Positions 1-8,901 are shown, numbered from the stretch's first letter. The stretch: 64,000 nucleotides of DNA from an uncultured Gemmatimonadales bacterium (GCA_963804125.1 CAWDPF010000012.1:101556-165555), one strand, 5' to 3'. Numbers and translations: made by a program. Notes: generated by a model from the letters alone, not told the origin.

Positions 1-1
1 C

Positions 2-223
2 GACCACTTCCAGTTCACTCGCCTGATCGTCGCCGAGTACGATGTGCGCCGGAAGATGGAGCTCGCGGCGATCATGTGGGGCGTGATCCTGGCCGACGGC
101 CGCCTGAGTGATCACGAGACGCACCTGGTCCGCAAGATGGCCAGCCTCATGCAGCTCGACCCTGCCGCGCTGTCGGCTGCGCGCCGCGCCGCCGAAGCGG
201 CGCTCGATGGAGGTGTGCAATGA
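2..223 (+). CDS. TerB-family (tellurite-resistance-like) protein, C-terminal part; the 5' end lies outside the window
   Basis: The frame is open from the window edge to TGA 221-223. The translation ..FQFTRLIVAEYDVRRKMELAAIMWGVILADGRLSDHETHLVRKMASLMQL.. resembles the conserved C-terminal half of TerB-like proteins (recognised from memory). Confidence 0.65.
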   Translation, partial: DHFQFTRLIVAEYDVRRKMELAAIMWGVILADGRLSDHETHLVRKMASLMQLDPAALSAARRAAEAALDGGVQ

Positions 224-241
224 CGACGTGGCGGAGCGCGT

Positions 242-568
242 GTGGCGATCGGGCTGCTGATGGCCGTGCCTGCCTGCGCCAACGGTGCCGGCGGGCACGA
301 CGAGGCCGGATGGGTGACACCGACACCCGCCGCCGAAGAGGTCGGCACGGAGGTCCGGATCACCGGGGTCGTGAAGCACGTCGAGCTGGAGGGTGGCTTC
401 TACGCCATCCGGGGCGATGACGGCGTGACCTACGATCCGACGAACCTGCCGCCCGCGTTCCAGCGGGACGGACTCAGGGTCGAGACCGAGGCGCGGCGGC
501 GCGACGACATGATGGGGATTCACCAGGCCGGGCCCATCGTGGAGCTGGTGCGCATCCGCGCGCGCTGA
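242..568 (+). CDS. hypothetical exported protein
   Basis: Track ORF 242-568 with a GTG start. It has a short hydrophobic N-terminus ending ..AVPAC and coding-like composition. No family recognised. Confidence 0.55.
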   Translation: MAIGLLMAVPACANGAGGHDEAGWVTPTPAAEEVGTEVRITGVVKHVELEGGFYAIRGDDGVTYDPTNLPPAFQRDGLRVETEARRRDDMMGIHQAGPIVELVRIRAR

Positions 569-580
569 CGGGGACACGAG

Positions 581-1021
581 GTGAGAGTCGGGGTGAGCAG
601 TACCTTCGCGATGGTGGCAATGGTCGCCTGCGCCGGGGGGCCGGCGCCGACGGCCGCGCCGGCGCCCGCGGTGACCGCCGCCTGTGCGGTCGGCGACACG
701 GCGATGGTGCGGGACGTGGTGTACTTCGGCCGCAATCGGCCCGGCGGCGGCACGGTGAGCGATCCTGACTGGCAGCGCTTTCTCGACGAGGTGGTCACGC
801 CGCGGTTTCCCTACGGCCTCACGGTGGTGGACGCCACCGGCCAGTGGCGCGGGCAGAGCGGCGTGGTCGAGCAGGAGCGCTCCGAGATCGTGACCGTCTT
901 CCATGCGGGGGACGCGGCGTCGCGCCAGGCCATCGCCGACGTCGCCGCCGAGTACAAGCGCCGCTTCCGGCAGGAGGCTGTCCTGCGCGAGCGCTCGGCC
1001 ACCTGCGCACGGTTCGAGTGA
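581..1021 (+). CDS. DUF3574-like exported protein
   Basis: Track ORF 581-1021 with a signal-like N-terminus. The core ..VYFGRNRPGGGTVSDPDWQRFLDEVVTPRFPYGLTVVDATGQWRG..YKRRFRQEAVLRE.. matches the DUF3574 pattern as I recall it. Confidence 0.7.
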   Translation: MRVGVSSTFAMVAMVACAGGPAPTAAPAPAVTAACAVGDTAMVRDVVYFGRNRPGGGTVSDPDWQRFLDEVVTPRFPYGLTVVDATGQWRGQSGVVEQERSEIVTVFHAGDAASRQAIADVAAEYKRRFRQEAVLRERSATCARFE

Positions 1022-1032
1022 GGTCTGGCGGC

Positions 1033-1605
1033 ATGCGCGAGGAGATCCTGCTCTGGCGCCGCATCGATGAGCCGGGCCACGAGAGCGCGCGCCTGGTGTA
1101 CCACGAGCCGTTCTGGCAGCTGGGCGGGATGGCCGTGTTCGCGGCGGAGGGTAAGCCGTGCCGACTCGAGTATTCGATCGCCTGCGATGCCGCCTGGCGG
1201 ACGTTGCACGTCGATGTCGCCGGATGGGTCGGCCCTCGGCGCATCCGCTTCCATTTGGTGGCCAACCCGCAGCGGGCCTGGCAGCTCGACGGCCGTCCGT
1301 GTCCCGAAGTGGCGGGCTGCCTCGACGTCGACCTCTCGTTCAGTCCGGCCACAAACCTGTTGCCGATTCGGCGGCTCGCGTTGCAACCGGGCCAATCTGC
1401 ACCGGTGCGCGCCGCCTGGGTGAGCTTTCCCGCGTTCGGTATCGAGCCACTGGACCAGGTGTATCGGCGGGTCAGCGAGACGAGCTACCACTACGAGTCC
1501 GCCGACGGCACGTTCGCCACGGACTTCGAGGTCAACGCCGCGGGGTTCGTCACCCGCTATCCGGGGCGCTGGGAAGCGGAGGGGGAGCCGGTAGTCCGGG
1601 TCTAG
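1033..1605 (+). CDS. putative glycolipid-binding domain protein
   Basis: An internal ATG at 1033 in track ORF 844-1605. The sequence MREEILLWRRIDEPGHESARLV..LDGCLDVDLSFSPATNLLPIRRL..YPGRWEA resembles the PF06475-type family. Confidence 0.7.
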   Translation: MREEILLWRRIDEPGHESARLVYHEPFWQLGGMAVFAAEGKPCRLEYSIACDAAWRTLHVDVAGWVGPRRIRFHLVANPQRAWQLDGRPCPEVAGCLDVDLSFSPATNLLPIRRLALQPGQSAPVRAAWVSFPAFGIEPLDQVYRRVSETSYHYESADGTFATDFEVNAAGFVTRYPGRWEAEGEPVVRV

Positions 1606-1612
1606 TCGTTGC

Positions 1613-1860
1613 CTAGCGGCGGTGGACTCCGGTGGCCGGGCGACGTTGCGCGAGGCGCCCGCGGCGACCGAGCGGGCCAGCAGGCCGGGGTAGTCGGGAT
1701 TCGGCACCTCCCACTCATCGCGCCGGCAGCTGACGACCCGGGTCTCCTCGTCCGAGACCAGCTCGAGGGTCACGTGCGTCGCCGTCTCGTCCTTCCGCAC
1801 GGGGCGGGATCGGACGAGCCAGGTCTTGCCATCGATGTGGAAGAACTCTCGTGTGGACAT
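1613..1860 (-). CDS. candidate small protein with an unresolved 3' end (as written, the ORF runs on antisense through the neighbouring gene to 811)
   Basis: The N-terminal ~80 codons of track ORF 811-1860(-) ([61 protein letters not shown]..) look coding. The opposite-strand ORF 1609-2121 looks like shadow sequence. A TAG at 1613-1615 lies in another frame. Confidence 0.3.
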
Positions 1861-2155
1861 GTCCGCTCCGTCGCACGACCGGGTTGGAGGTGTGGGCGCT
1901 CCAACCCACTCTCAGGATCGGTGGGCGCGGGCGAACGGTCAATTCTCAAGAGTTCGACGCTGTCGAGGAGGTCGACACCCCGGCTGCAGGTGGCGGGACC
2001 TCGCGTTGCAAAGTACGGAGGAGGACGGGTTTGGGGTCGCGCAGAATGCGGCGTCACGCCTCGGGTGCAGAAGCCTTCAGTCCCGCCGATGCCCGCGCCG
2101 CCGAACTGGCTGGGCGGTTAGTGTTCAGCGATCGCGTCAACCCATTGGAGACATC

Positions 2156-2746
2156 ATGTTGCGACAACACCAGCCGGAGGGTGGACCTTCGGTGGCACCA
2201 TACGACCCCATCAGCGAGCGGATGCTCCGTGCGCGGACGATCATCATCAGCGGGGAGATCACCCAGAAGCTGGCCGCGTCGGTCTCGGGCCAGTTGCTCG
2301 CTCTGGCGGCCGAATCCGAGAGCGACATCACCGTATTCATCAACTCGCAGGGTGGTCACGTCGAGGCGGGCGACACGATCCACGATCTCATGCGCTTCAT
2401 CCGCCCCCGGATCCGGGTGATCGGCACCGGCTGGGTGGCGAGCGCGGGCGCGCTGATCTACGTCGCCGTGCCGCGCGAGCAGCGTTTCTGCCTGCCGAAC
2501 ACGCGCTTCCTGCTGCACCAGCCCTCGGGCGGGTCCGGCGGCACGGCGAGCGACATCGACATCGAGGCTCGCGAGATCCTGCGCATGCGCGACCGGCTCA
2601 ACCGGATCTTCTCGCGGGAGACCGGGCAGCCGCTCGAGCGGATCGAGGAGGATACGCATCGGAACTTCTGGCTCAGCGCGGAGGCCGCCATGCGCTACGG
2701 CCTCGTGGGCCGCATCATCGAGCGCGCCAGCGATCTCGATAGCTGA
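2156..2746 (+). CDS. clpP: ClpP-family protease subunit, atypical (Ser and His present, catalytic Asp position is Asn, divergent N-terminus)
   Basis: ATG 2156 follows GGAG. The motifs [16 protein letters not shown] (Ser), [17 protein letters not shown] (His) and [25 protein letters not shown] align colinearly with E. coli ClpP. Confidence 0.85.
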   Translation: MLRQHQPEGGPSVAPYDPISERMLRARTIIISGEITQKLAASVSGQLLALAAESESDITVFINSQGGHVEAGDTIHDLMRFIRPRIRVIGTGWVASAGALIYVAVPREQRFCLPNTRFLLHQPSGGSGGTASDIDIEAREILRMRDRLNRIFSRETGQPLERIEEDTHRNFWLSAEAAMRYGLVGRIIERASDLDS

Positions 2747-2767
2747 GGGGGGGCGGGAGGGATCCGC

Positions 2768-3040
2768 GTGCACACTCTCAAAGTGATCGCCGGCGGGCTG
2801 CTGCTGCTGGTCGCGTGCATCGTCGTCAGCCGCTGGATCGGCGGCGCTCGGCCCGCCTCACTCGCGGCGGGAGCGAGACTCTTCCTTCCGCTCTGGCTGG
2901 TGGCGGCCGGGGTCAACCTGTGGCTGGGCGTGAGCCGCGCCGGCTACTCGGTGGCCGAGGAGGCGCCGGTGTTCTTGGTGGTGTTCGGTGTGCCTGCCGC
3001 GGTAGCCGCCGTGATCTGGTGGCGATTCGCGGGCAGCTAA
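2768..3040 (+). CDS. small integral membrane protein (about 3 TM helices)
   Basis: Track ORF 2768-3040 with a GTG start 21 nt after the clpP-like stop. It contains strongly hydrophobic segments. Confidence 0.6.
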   Translation: MHTLKVIAGGLLLLVACIVVSRWIGGARPASLAAGARLFLPLWLVAAGVNLWLGVSRAGYSVAEEAPVFLVVFGVPAAVAAVIWWRFAGS

Positions 3041-3044
3041 ACGC

Positions 3045-3431
3045 GTGACGGCCCTTTTCCCGGAGAATGGCATGGTCAGCTCGACGCCGATCACCCAACC
3101 CACCCAGGATCGCCGGCGGCAGGTCCGGGTCACTTTTTCCCCTGTGCGCCGGCCGCGCCTTCGCCTCGAAGGCGGCACCTACGAGGTGCTCGACGCCTCG
3201 CTCGACGGCCTGCGCGTCCGGCACACCGATCCCACGCGGCCCCGGCTCGGCGACGAGCTGGTCGGCCACCTCGAATGGCCTGAGCTCGAAGTGCCGGTCG
3301 GAATCACCGGGTTGGTGGTGCGGGTCGAGTCCACCGAATTCGCGCTGCGATGTGACCAGGGCCAGCTGCCGATCGCCCACATCCTGGCCGAGGCGGCGCG
3401 CCGCCGCGATGCCCAGGACCCGGGGCACTGA
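3045..3431 (+). CDS. PilZ domain protein (putative c-di-GMP receptor)
   Basis: Track ORF 3045-3431. An RxxxR motif (RRRQVR) is followed 21 residues later by DxSxxG (DASLDG). An alternative ATG start lies at 3072. Confidence 0.75.
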   Translation: MTALFPENGMVSSTPITQPTQDRRRQVRVTFSPVRRPRLRLEGGTYEVLDASLDGLRVRHTDPTRPRLGDELVGHLEWPELEVPVGITGLVVRVESTEFALRCDQGQLPIAHILAEAARRRDAQDPGH

Positions 3432-3480
3432 CCGGCAGCGAATCGATCCGGGTAGCCCCTTTGCCGGCGGCCAACCCGCC

Positions 3481-4020
3481 ATGATCGCGTTGCGGCTGGC
3501 CCGGCTCGAGGACCTGGCGGCGATCGAGGCGCTCATCGCCCGGTCCGCTCGGGAGTTGAGCGCGGGATACTACACGCCGGCTCAGGTGGCGGCGTTGCTG
3601 CGGTACGTGTTCGGCGCCGACACCCAGCTCATCCGCGACGGCACCTATTTCGTCGGCGAGTCGGACAGCGGCGGGCTGGTGGCCGCGGGCGGCTGGAGCC
3701 GGCGCGGGACGCTGTTCGGCGGGGACCGGATGAAGGCGAGCGAGGATCCGCTCCTGGACCCGGCTACCGATGCGGCGCGCATTCGCGCGTTCTTCGTGGA
3801 CCCCGGCTGGGCCAGACAGGGGCTCGGCCGCCGCCTCTTCGCCGAGTGCCAGTCGGCGGCGCGCGCAGCCGGATTCCGCACTCTTGCCCTCGTGGCCACC
3901 CTGCCTGGCGAGCCGCTCTATCGCGCTCTCGGCTTCGAGTTGACCGAGCGCTTCGTGCTCCGTCTGCCGGACGGCATCGATGTGCCGGTCGCTCACATGA
4001 CTCGCCGCACGGACGACTGA
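3481..4020 (+). CDS. GNAT family N-acetyltransferase
   Basis: ATG 3481 inside track ORF 3067-4020. The motif ..RAFFVDPGWARQGLGRRLFAECQSAARAAGFRTLALVATLPGEPLYRALGF.. is a typical acetyl-CoA binding motif A region. Confidence 0.8.
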   Translation: MIALRLARLEDLAAIEALIARSARELSAGYYTPAQVAALLRYVFGADTQLIRDGTYFVGESDSGGLVAAGGWSRRGTLFGGDRMKASEDPLLDPATDAARIRAFFVDPGWARQGLGRRLFAECQSAARAAGFRTLALVATLPGEPLYRALGFELTERFVLRLPDGIDVPVAHMTRRTDD

Positions 4021-4079
4021 TGCCGGACCGCGGCTCGTCGAGTCGGGTGCCCGCCGACTCCGCCACTCCTGGAGCTTCC

Positions 4080-4643
4080 ATGCGCTTGATTCGCCTGACG
4101 CTTCCGCTCCTGCTCGTCCTCGGCTGCGGACGCAAGGCGTCCGTCCCGCCCGGGGCCGCGGACTCGGCGGCTCCGGCGCCGCCTGAAGCCGAGGCGGAGC
4201 CCTGGACCATCCGCGTCGACGGGGTCGGGCCGATCCGGTTCGGGATGGCGCTGGCCGACGCGCGGGCTGCGCTGCGGGACTCGCTCATCGTGGCGCCACC
4301 CGGCGGCGAGTGCGGCTTCACCGTGCCCCGCGGCGCCCCCGCCGGCGTTCGATTCATGGTGGAGCAGGGGAAGATCGTCCGGGTGGATGTGGACTCGTCG
4401 GGCGTGCGCACCGCCGCCGGGGCGGAAGTGGGCATGAGCGAGGCCGACGTTCGCGGCCGCTATCCCGTCGGCCTCCGGGTGCAGCCGCACAAGTACGATC
4501 CCAAGGGCCGGTATCTGGTGTTGCAGGGCATGCAGCCGGCGGATTCGGCACGGCGACTCATCTTCGAGACCGATGGGCAGCGCGTCGTGCGATACCGGGC
4601 GGGCATCACGCCGGCGGTCCAGTACGTCGAGGGGTGCGCTTGA
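4080..4643 (+). CDS. hypothetical lipoprotein
   Basis: ATG 4080 in track ORF 3846-4643. The N-terminus MRLIRLTLPLLLVLGCG carries a lipobox. Confidence 0.65.
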   Translation: MRLIRLTLPLLLVLGCGRKASVPPGAADSAAPAPPEAEAEPWTIRVDGVGPIRFGMALADARAALRDSLIVAPPGGECGFTVPRGAPAGVRFMVEQGKIVRVDVDSSGVRTAAGAEVGMSEADVRGRYPVGLRVQPHKYDPKGRYLVLQGMQPADSARRLIFETDGQRVVRYRAGITPAVQYVEGCA

Positions 4644-4651
4644 CCGATGGA

Positions 4652-4933
4652 ATGACCGGGCGCGGCGACGGACGGCGGCTTGCGGCGGCGATGCTCGTGA
4701 GCGTGGCCGTCGGGGCCGCGATCTATTGGCTCGTGATCGTCCGAGGCCTGCCGGCCCTGGCCCATCGCCTCAGCGACGAACAGGTCCTGGCGCTGCGGGA
4801 CGGCCTTTGGACACATCCGTTCCGTGTTCTGGGCGCGGTGCTCGTGGCGGCGGCGGCGCTGGCGCTTCCCGTGCTGGTCGTCTTCCGTCTCGTGTACGGG
4901 CCGCTGACCGGACCGCGCGAGCCGCGCGAATGA
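4652..4933 (+). CDS. hypothetical membrane protein
   Basis: ATG 4652 in track ORF 4310-4933. It has two hydrophobic helices. Confidence 0.5.
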   Translation: MTGRGDGRRLAAAMLVSVAVGAAIYWLVIVRGLPALAHRLSDEQVLALRDGLWTHPFRVLGAVLVAAAALALPVLVVFRLVYGPLTGPREPRE

Positions 4934-5322
4934 TGTCGGGCGGACCGGCCATCGAGCGGATCGGCCAGATCGCCATTCCCGTGGCCGATCTCGAGCGCGC
5001 CGTGGCATTCTACTCGGACGTGCTCGGACTCCGCCTGCTGTTCCGCGCGCCACCCGGTCTCGCGTTCTTCGATTGCGGCGGCGTGCGCCTCATGCTGAGC
5101 AAGCCCGAGGGCGCGGATACGCCGGCCAGCGCGGGAATTCTGTACTATCTCGTTCCCGACATCAGGGCGGCGCATGCCGTGCTCGTCGAGCGGGGCGTCA
5201 TCTTCGTCCAGCCCCCCCATCCCGTCGCCCGGCTTCCCGATCACGAGCTCTGGCTGGCGCTCTGCCACGACTCGGAGGACAACCTCCTGGCCCTCATGAG
5301 CGAGGTGCGGCCGTTGCCCTGA
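4930..5322 (+). CDS. VOC (glyoxalase/bleomycin resistance/dioxygenase) family protein
   Basis: ATG 4930 overlaps the previous stop (ATGATG/TGA). The sequence ..IGQIAIPVADLERAVAFYSDVLGLRLLF..DSEDNLLALM is a typical VOC fold signature. Confidence 0.8.
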   Translation: MMSGGPAIERIGQIAIPVADLERAVAFYSDVLGLRLLFRAPPGLAFFDCGGVRLMLSKPEGADTPASAGILYYLVPDIRAAHAVLVERGVIFVQPPHPVARLPDHELWLALCHDSEDNLLALMSEVRPLP

Positions 5323-5460
5323 CGGCCGCAGGGACCGCTCTTGGCAGAAAGCCCGGGTTCGCGTACTCTCTCCGGTACCGCTGGCTCTTCGAGGGGTGAG
5401 GCCGAACATGCCGCGTGAGGACCGACATGCCTGAGACGCTTCCGCTCCCGGCCTGATTGC

Positions 5461-6195
5461 ATGCTTGCCGACACGCTTCGATCGCTGGCGGGACTTCGAC
5501 TGACGGACGACGACGGCGAGGTGCACGTCCTCGAGCTTCGTCCGCCAGCCACCGATGCGGAGATCCGACGGCTGGAGGAGACGCTCCCGGCTCCTCTACC
5601 GGAGGAGATGCGCGCCGCGCTCGGCGTCACTACCGGACTGGCGGCCGGGCCGCTCGAGTCGTTCTCGCTGCTGGATCTCGAGGGCTTCGGGCTCGAGGAG
5701 GCGTTTCCGCAGGCATACTCGATCGCCCACGACGGCTACGGCAACTACTGGGTGCTCGATCTCCTCCCCGGCGACGGCGCGTGGGGTCCCGTGTTCTACG
5801 CCTGCCACGATCCTGCCGTGATCGCCTACCAGGCAGAGACCATCGAGGCGTTCCTCGGGGACGTCGTCGCGTTGTGGCGGCCGGGGCGCAGCCCCGTCGA
5901 CCGGATGCACGAGGAGGAGGTCCATCGGATCTGGCATGATCATCCCGGCCTGCTGACGCCGGCCGGAGCCGCCGCCAGCGACGATCCCGTCCTTGCGGGC
6001 TTCGCGGCGAGCTTGCCGGCGGAGGCATGGATCGCGGACCTCCGCCAGGCGCGATTCGGAGACGGCTTCGCCTGGGGGCGCTTCGGGCCGCGCACCGAGA
6101 TCCGGCGCGCCGGCCGGGAGCGCCTCTGGGCGCTCATTGCGCCGGAGCGGAGGCCCGGACTGCTGCGACGCCTCTTCGGGCGCTCCGCCGGCTAG
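5461..6195 (+). CDS. SMI1/KNR4 (SUKH-1) family protein
   Basis: Track ORF 5461-6195. The stretches ..IRRLEETLPAPLPEEMRAALGVTTG.. and ..GNYWVLDL..VFYACHDP are typical of SUKH-1 domains. Confidence 0.65.
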   Translation: MLADTLRSLAGLRLTDDDGEVHVLELRPPATDAEIRRLEETLPAPLPEEMRAALGVTTGLAAGPLESFSLLDLEGFGLEEAFPQAYSIAHDGYGNYWVLDLLPGDGAWGPVFYACHDPAVIAYQAETIEAFLGDVVALWRPGRSPVDRMHEEEVHRIWHDHPGLLTPAGAAASDDPVLAGFAASLPAEAWIADLRQARFGDGFAWGRFGPRTEIRRAGRERLWALIAPERRPGLLRRLFGRSAG

Positions 6196-6197
6196 GG

Positions 6198-6599
6198 GTG
6201 GTCGTGTCCACCCGCGTGGTCGGCATCGGCGGCATCTTCTTCAAGGCGCGCGATCCCGTGCGCCTGGGCGCCTGGTATCGCGAGCACCTCGGTCTCGCCA
6301 TCCAGGAGTGGGGCGGCGTGCAGTTCGAGGGGCAGGCATCGAGTGCAGGCGGTCGGCAGGCGTCGCTGGTGTGGAGCATCTTTCCCGACAGCACCCGGTA
6401 CTTCGAGCCCGGCTCCGCGCCGTTCATGATCAACTATCGGGTCGAGGATCTCGACACCGTGCTCGATGCGCTCCGGCGCGAGGGCTGTACGGTGGACGAG
6501 CGGACCGAGACCTCCGAGTTCGGGCGGTTCGGCTGGGTCGTCGATCCGGAGGGGAACCGGCTCGAGCTGTGGGAGCCGCCGAAACAACACGGTGAATGA
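6198..6599 (+). CDS. VOC family protein
   Basis: GTG 6198 (or 6204) in track ORF 6027-6599. The sequence reads GIGGIFFKARDPVRLGAWYREHLGL..FGRFGWVVDPEGNRLELWEP. Confidence 0.8.
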   Translation: MVVSTRVVGIGGIFFKARDPVRLGAWYREHLGLAIQEWGGVQFEGQASSAGGRQASLVWSIFPDSTRYFEPGSAPFMINYRVEDLDTVLDALRREGCTVDERTETSEFGRFGWVVDPEGNRLELWEPPKQHGE

Positions 6600-6645
6600 C
6601 GCCCGCCGCCCTCCGCGTCGTCATCCCGCGCGCAGCGAGACTCGA

Positions 6646-7236
6646 ATGATCGCATCACGGTCAGCCTGGACCATTCCGGCCTGCCTCCTGCTCGCAGCCT
6701 GCGGCCGCGGCGACCGCCCTCCCGCCGGCGCATCCGGCTCGAGCGTTCCGTCCGCAGACTCCGCCGAGCCGGCGCCTCCCGAGACGTCGGCCTCTCCGGC
6801 TCCGAGCGCCCGCCTCCCCCTCCGCGACCCCGTTCCGCTGACCGCCACCGCCGATGTCGACGGTGTCCGGTACCAGGTTTCAGGGCTCGGCGAATGCCAG
6901 CACACCGCCGACGCCTCGATCTACGAGGTCCCCGCGTCGATGTGGAGCGCCCGCTTCACCGACGAGGCCGGGAAGCTCACCTATCTGAACCTGACCCTCT
7001 GGCAGCCCAAGGCGGCGCCCGCGATCCAGGTATCACTCGGCCTGACCGGGGCGGGGGAGACCTTCGAGATCGCCACGGTTAAGGGTTCCCAGATGCGCGG
7101 CTCGGGCGCCGGGCGGATCGAGCCGAAAGGCGATGGCGGTGTGCTCATCGTCGACGGCCGGGATGCGAACGGACGTGCCGTGCGTGTGATGGTGGACTGC
7201 AGCCGGTTTACCGAGCCCGTAGCCGAAGGCGGTTGA
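6646..7236 (+). CDS. hypothetical lipoprotein
   Basis: ATG 6646 in track ORF 6466-7236. The N-terminus MIASRSAWTIPACLLLAACG carries a lipobox and is followed by a Pro/Ser-rich linker. Confidence 0.6.
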   Translation: MIASRSAWTIPACLLLAACGRGDRPPAGASGSSVPSADSAEPAPPETSASPAPSARLPLRDPVPLTATADVDGVRYQVSGLGECQHTADASIYEVPASMWSARFTDEAGKLTYLNLTLWQPKAAPAIQVSLGLTGAGETFEIATVKGSQMRGSGAGRIEPKGDGGVLIVDGRDANGRAVRVMVDCSRFTEPVAEGG

Positions 7237-7261
7237 GCCCCCGACCGATGAGCATCGAGCC

Positions 7262-7639
7262 ATGACCGAAGCCCAAGCGCAGGAGTTCGCCCTCGAGTGG
7301 ATCGCCGCGTGGAACAGTCACGATCTCGAGCGCATCCTCGCCCACTACACCGACGACGCCGAGGTCACCTCGCCCCTGGTCGAGACGTTCATGGGGCCGG
7401 GAAAGGTGACCGTGCGCGGGAAGCCGAAGCTGCGTGAGTACTGGGGCATGGCACTCGCCCGTTATCCCGAGCTCCGGTTCACGCTCTTCCGCGCCTACGC
7501 GGGGCCCCGAAGCCTCGTCCTCCACTACCAAAGCATCCAGGGGCTGGTCGGCGCCGAGTGCCTGGAGCTCGACGGACAGGGCCGCATCCACCGTGTGCTG
7601 GCCCACTATGCGCTTGGCCCCGATCCCGCCGCGGCCTGA
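7262..7639 (+). CDS. SnoaL-like / NTF2-like domain protein
   Basis: Track ORF 7262-7639. The sequence ..EWIAAWNSHDLERILAHYTDDAEVTSP.. is a typical NTF2-like start. Confidence 0.7.
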   Translation: MTEAQAQEFALEWIAAWNSHDLERILAHYTDDAEVTSPLVETFMGPGKVTVRGKPKLREYWGMALARYPELRFTLFRAYAGPRSLVLHYQSIQGLVGAECLELDGQGRIHRVLAHYALGPDPAAA

Positions 7640-7643
7640 GCGC

Positions 7644-8150
7644 TCAGGCCGTCGTGCGCACGCTGAGCGCCGGCGGCGTGCGGAGGGTCTGCAGCACGAC
7701 GCAGTAGCGCTCGGTCAGCTTCTCGAGCGTGGCGAGCTGCTCGGGGGTCGCGTCGGTGTCCAGGGCGAAGTGCAAGCGGATCGCGCGGAATCCCACCGAC
7801 GCCTCCTTGCTCACGCCGAGCGTGCCACGAAAGTCGAGATCCCCTTCGGCCCTGACCTCGCCGGCACGCACGGGCAGATCCAGGGCAGTCGCCACCGCGC
7901 GAAGCGTCACCCCGGCGCACGCCACGAGAGCCTGCAGCAGCAGATCCCCTGAACAGGCCTCGAGCCCGGTGCCGCCGGTCGCTGGATGCAGGCCCGCCTC
8001 CACCATCGCGCGCCCGGTGTCGACGTGGCAGCTCACCGCCGTCTCATCCAGCCGGCCGGCGGCGCGGAGGGTCACCACCGCCCGCTCGGGCGTGGTGCGA
8101 TAGGCTTCCTTCAGGGGGGCCTGCAGGGCACGAAGGTCTTCAGGACGCAC
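7644..8150 (-). CDS. OsmC family peroxiredoxin-like protein
   Basis: Track ORF 7644-8150(-). The stretches ..GLEACSGDLLLQALVACAGVTL.. and ..LTERYCVVLQTL carry the two conserved Cys of the OsmC/Ohr fold. Confidence 0.8.
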   Translation of the reverse strand: MRPEDLRALQAPLKEAYRTTPERAVVTLRAAGRLDETAVSCHVDTGRAMVEAGLHPATGGTGLEACSGDLLLQALVACAGVTLRAVATALDLPVRAGEVRAEGDLDFRGTLGVSKEASVGFRAIRLHFALDTDATPEQLATLEKLTERYCVVLQTLRTPPALSVRTTA

Positions 8151-8313
8151 GGCGGCGACTCCGGGATCAGGGAGACTCGAAGGCTAGACTGGCCGCGCGA
8201 CGCGCGCCATCTTGTCGCAAACCGGGGCGCATCGCATCCGAGCGTCACCGTGGAGATCTTCGGCGACCTGCCCACCGCGATCACGTGGCCCAACGCATGA
8301 GAGGAGGCGTGCC

Positions 8314-8790
8314 ATGTCCCGCATCGTGATCCTCCTGGCGGCGGCGCTCGCGCTGCACCACCCTTCGGCGGCAGAGGCGCAGGATGCGCCGACGGTCGCG
8401 CAAGTCGGCTGGATGGCCGGCTGCTGGGAGCAGGCGGCGGGCCTGCGGCTGATCGAGGAGCAGTGGATGCGGCCGCGCGCCGGACTCATGCTGGGCGTGA
8501 GTCGCACCGTGATGGGTGATTCCCTGCGCGAGTACGAGCAGGTGGCGCTGTCCCAGCGCGGCGCGCACCTGGTCTACGCCGCCACTCCCGCCCGCCAGGC
8601 GCCCGCGGAGTTCGCGAGCACCGCCGTCTCCGATTCCGCCGTCACCTTCGAGAATCCCGCGCACGACTTCCCGCAGCGCATCATCTACCGCCGCCGGGGC
8701 GCCGACTCGCTCATCGCCCGCGTCGAGGGCGTGCGCGGCGGGCAGCTCCGTGGACGCGACTTCGCCTACCGTCGGGTGCCCTGCCCGTAG
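8314..8790 (+). CDS. hypothetical exported protein
   Basis: ATG 8314 follows GAGGAGG, in track ORF 8212-8790. The signal peptide is MSRIVILLAAALALHHPSAAEA. Confidence 0.6.
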   Translation: MSRIVILLAAALALHHPSAAEAQDAPTVAQVGWMAGCWEQAAGLRLIEEQWMRPRAGLMLGVSRTVMGDSLREYEQVALSQRGAHLVYAATPARQAPAEFASTAVSDSAVTFENPAHDFPQRIIYRRRGADSLIARVEGVRGGQLRGRDFAYRRVPCP

Positions 8791-8901
8791 TCCATGCTTC
8801 GCGTGCCGGGCGGCGCGGACCTCCCGCGCTTCCGACCGCCTGTGGTATGATGGAGATCGTCCCGTCGAATCGCGACGCCGATCAACACAGGAGCACAGGC
8901 G

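Noticed and set aside
811-1860. The full-length 349-aa minus-strand ORF, considered as a real gene.
   Set aside because: Its distal ~250 codons run antisense through the well-supported glycolipid-binding-domain gene and the end of the DUF3574 gene, and they look like shadow sequence. Only the first ~80 codons look coding (see finding).
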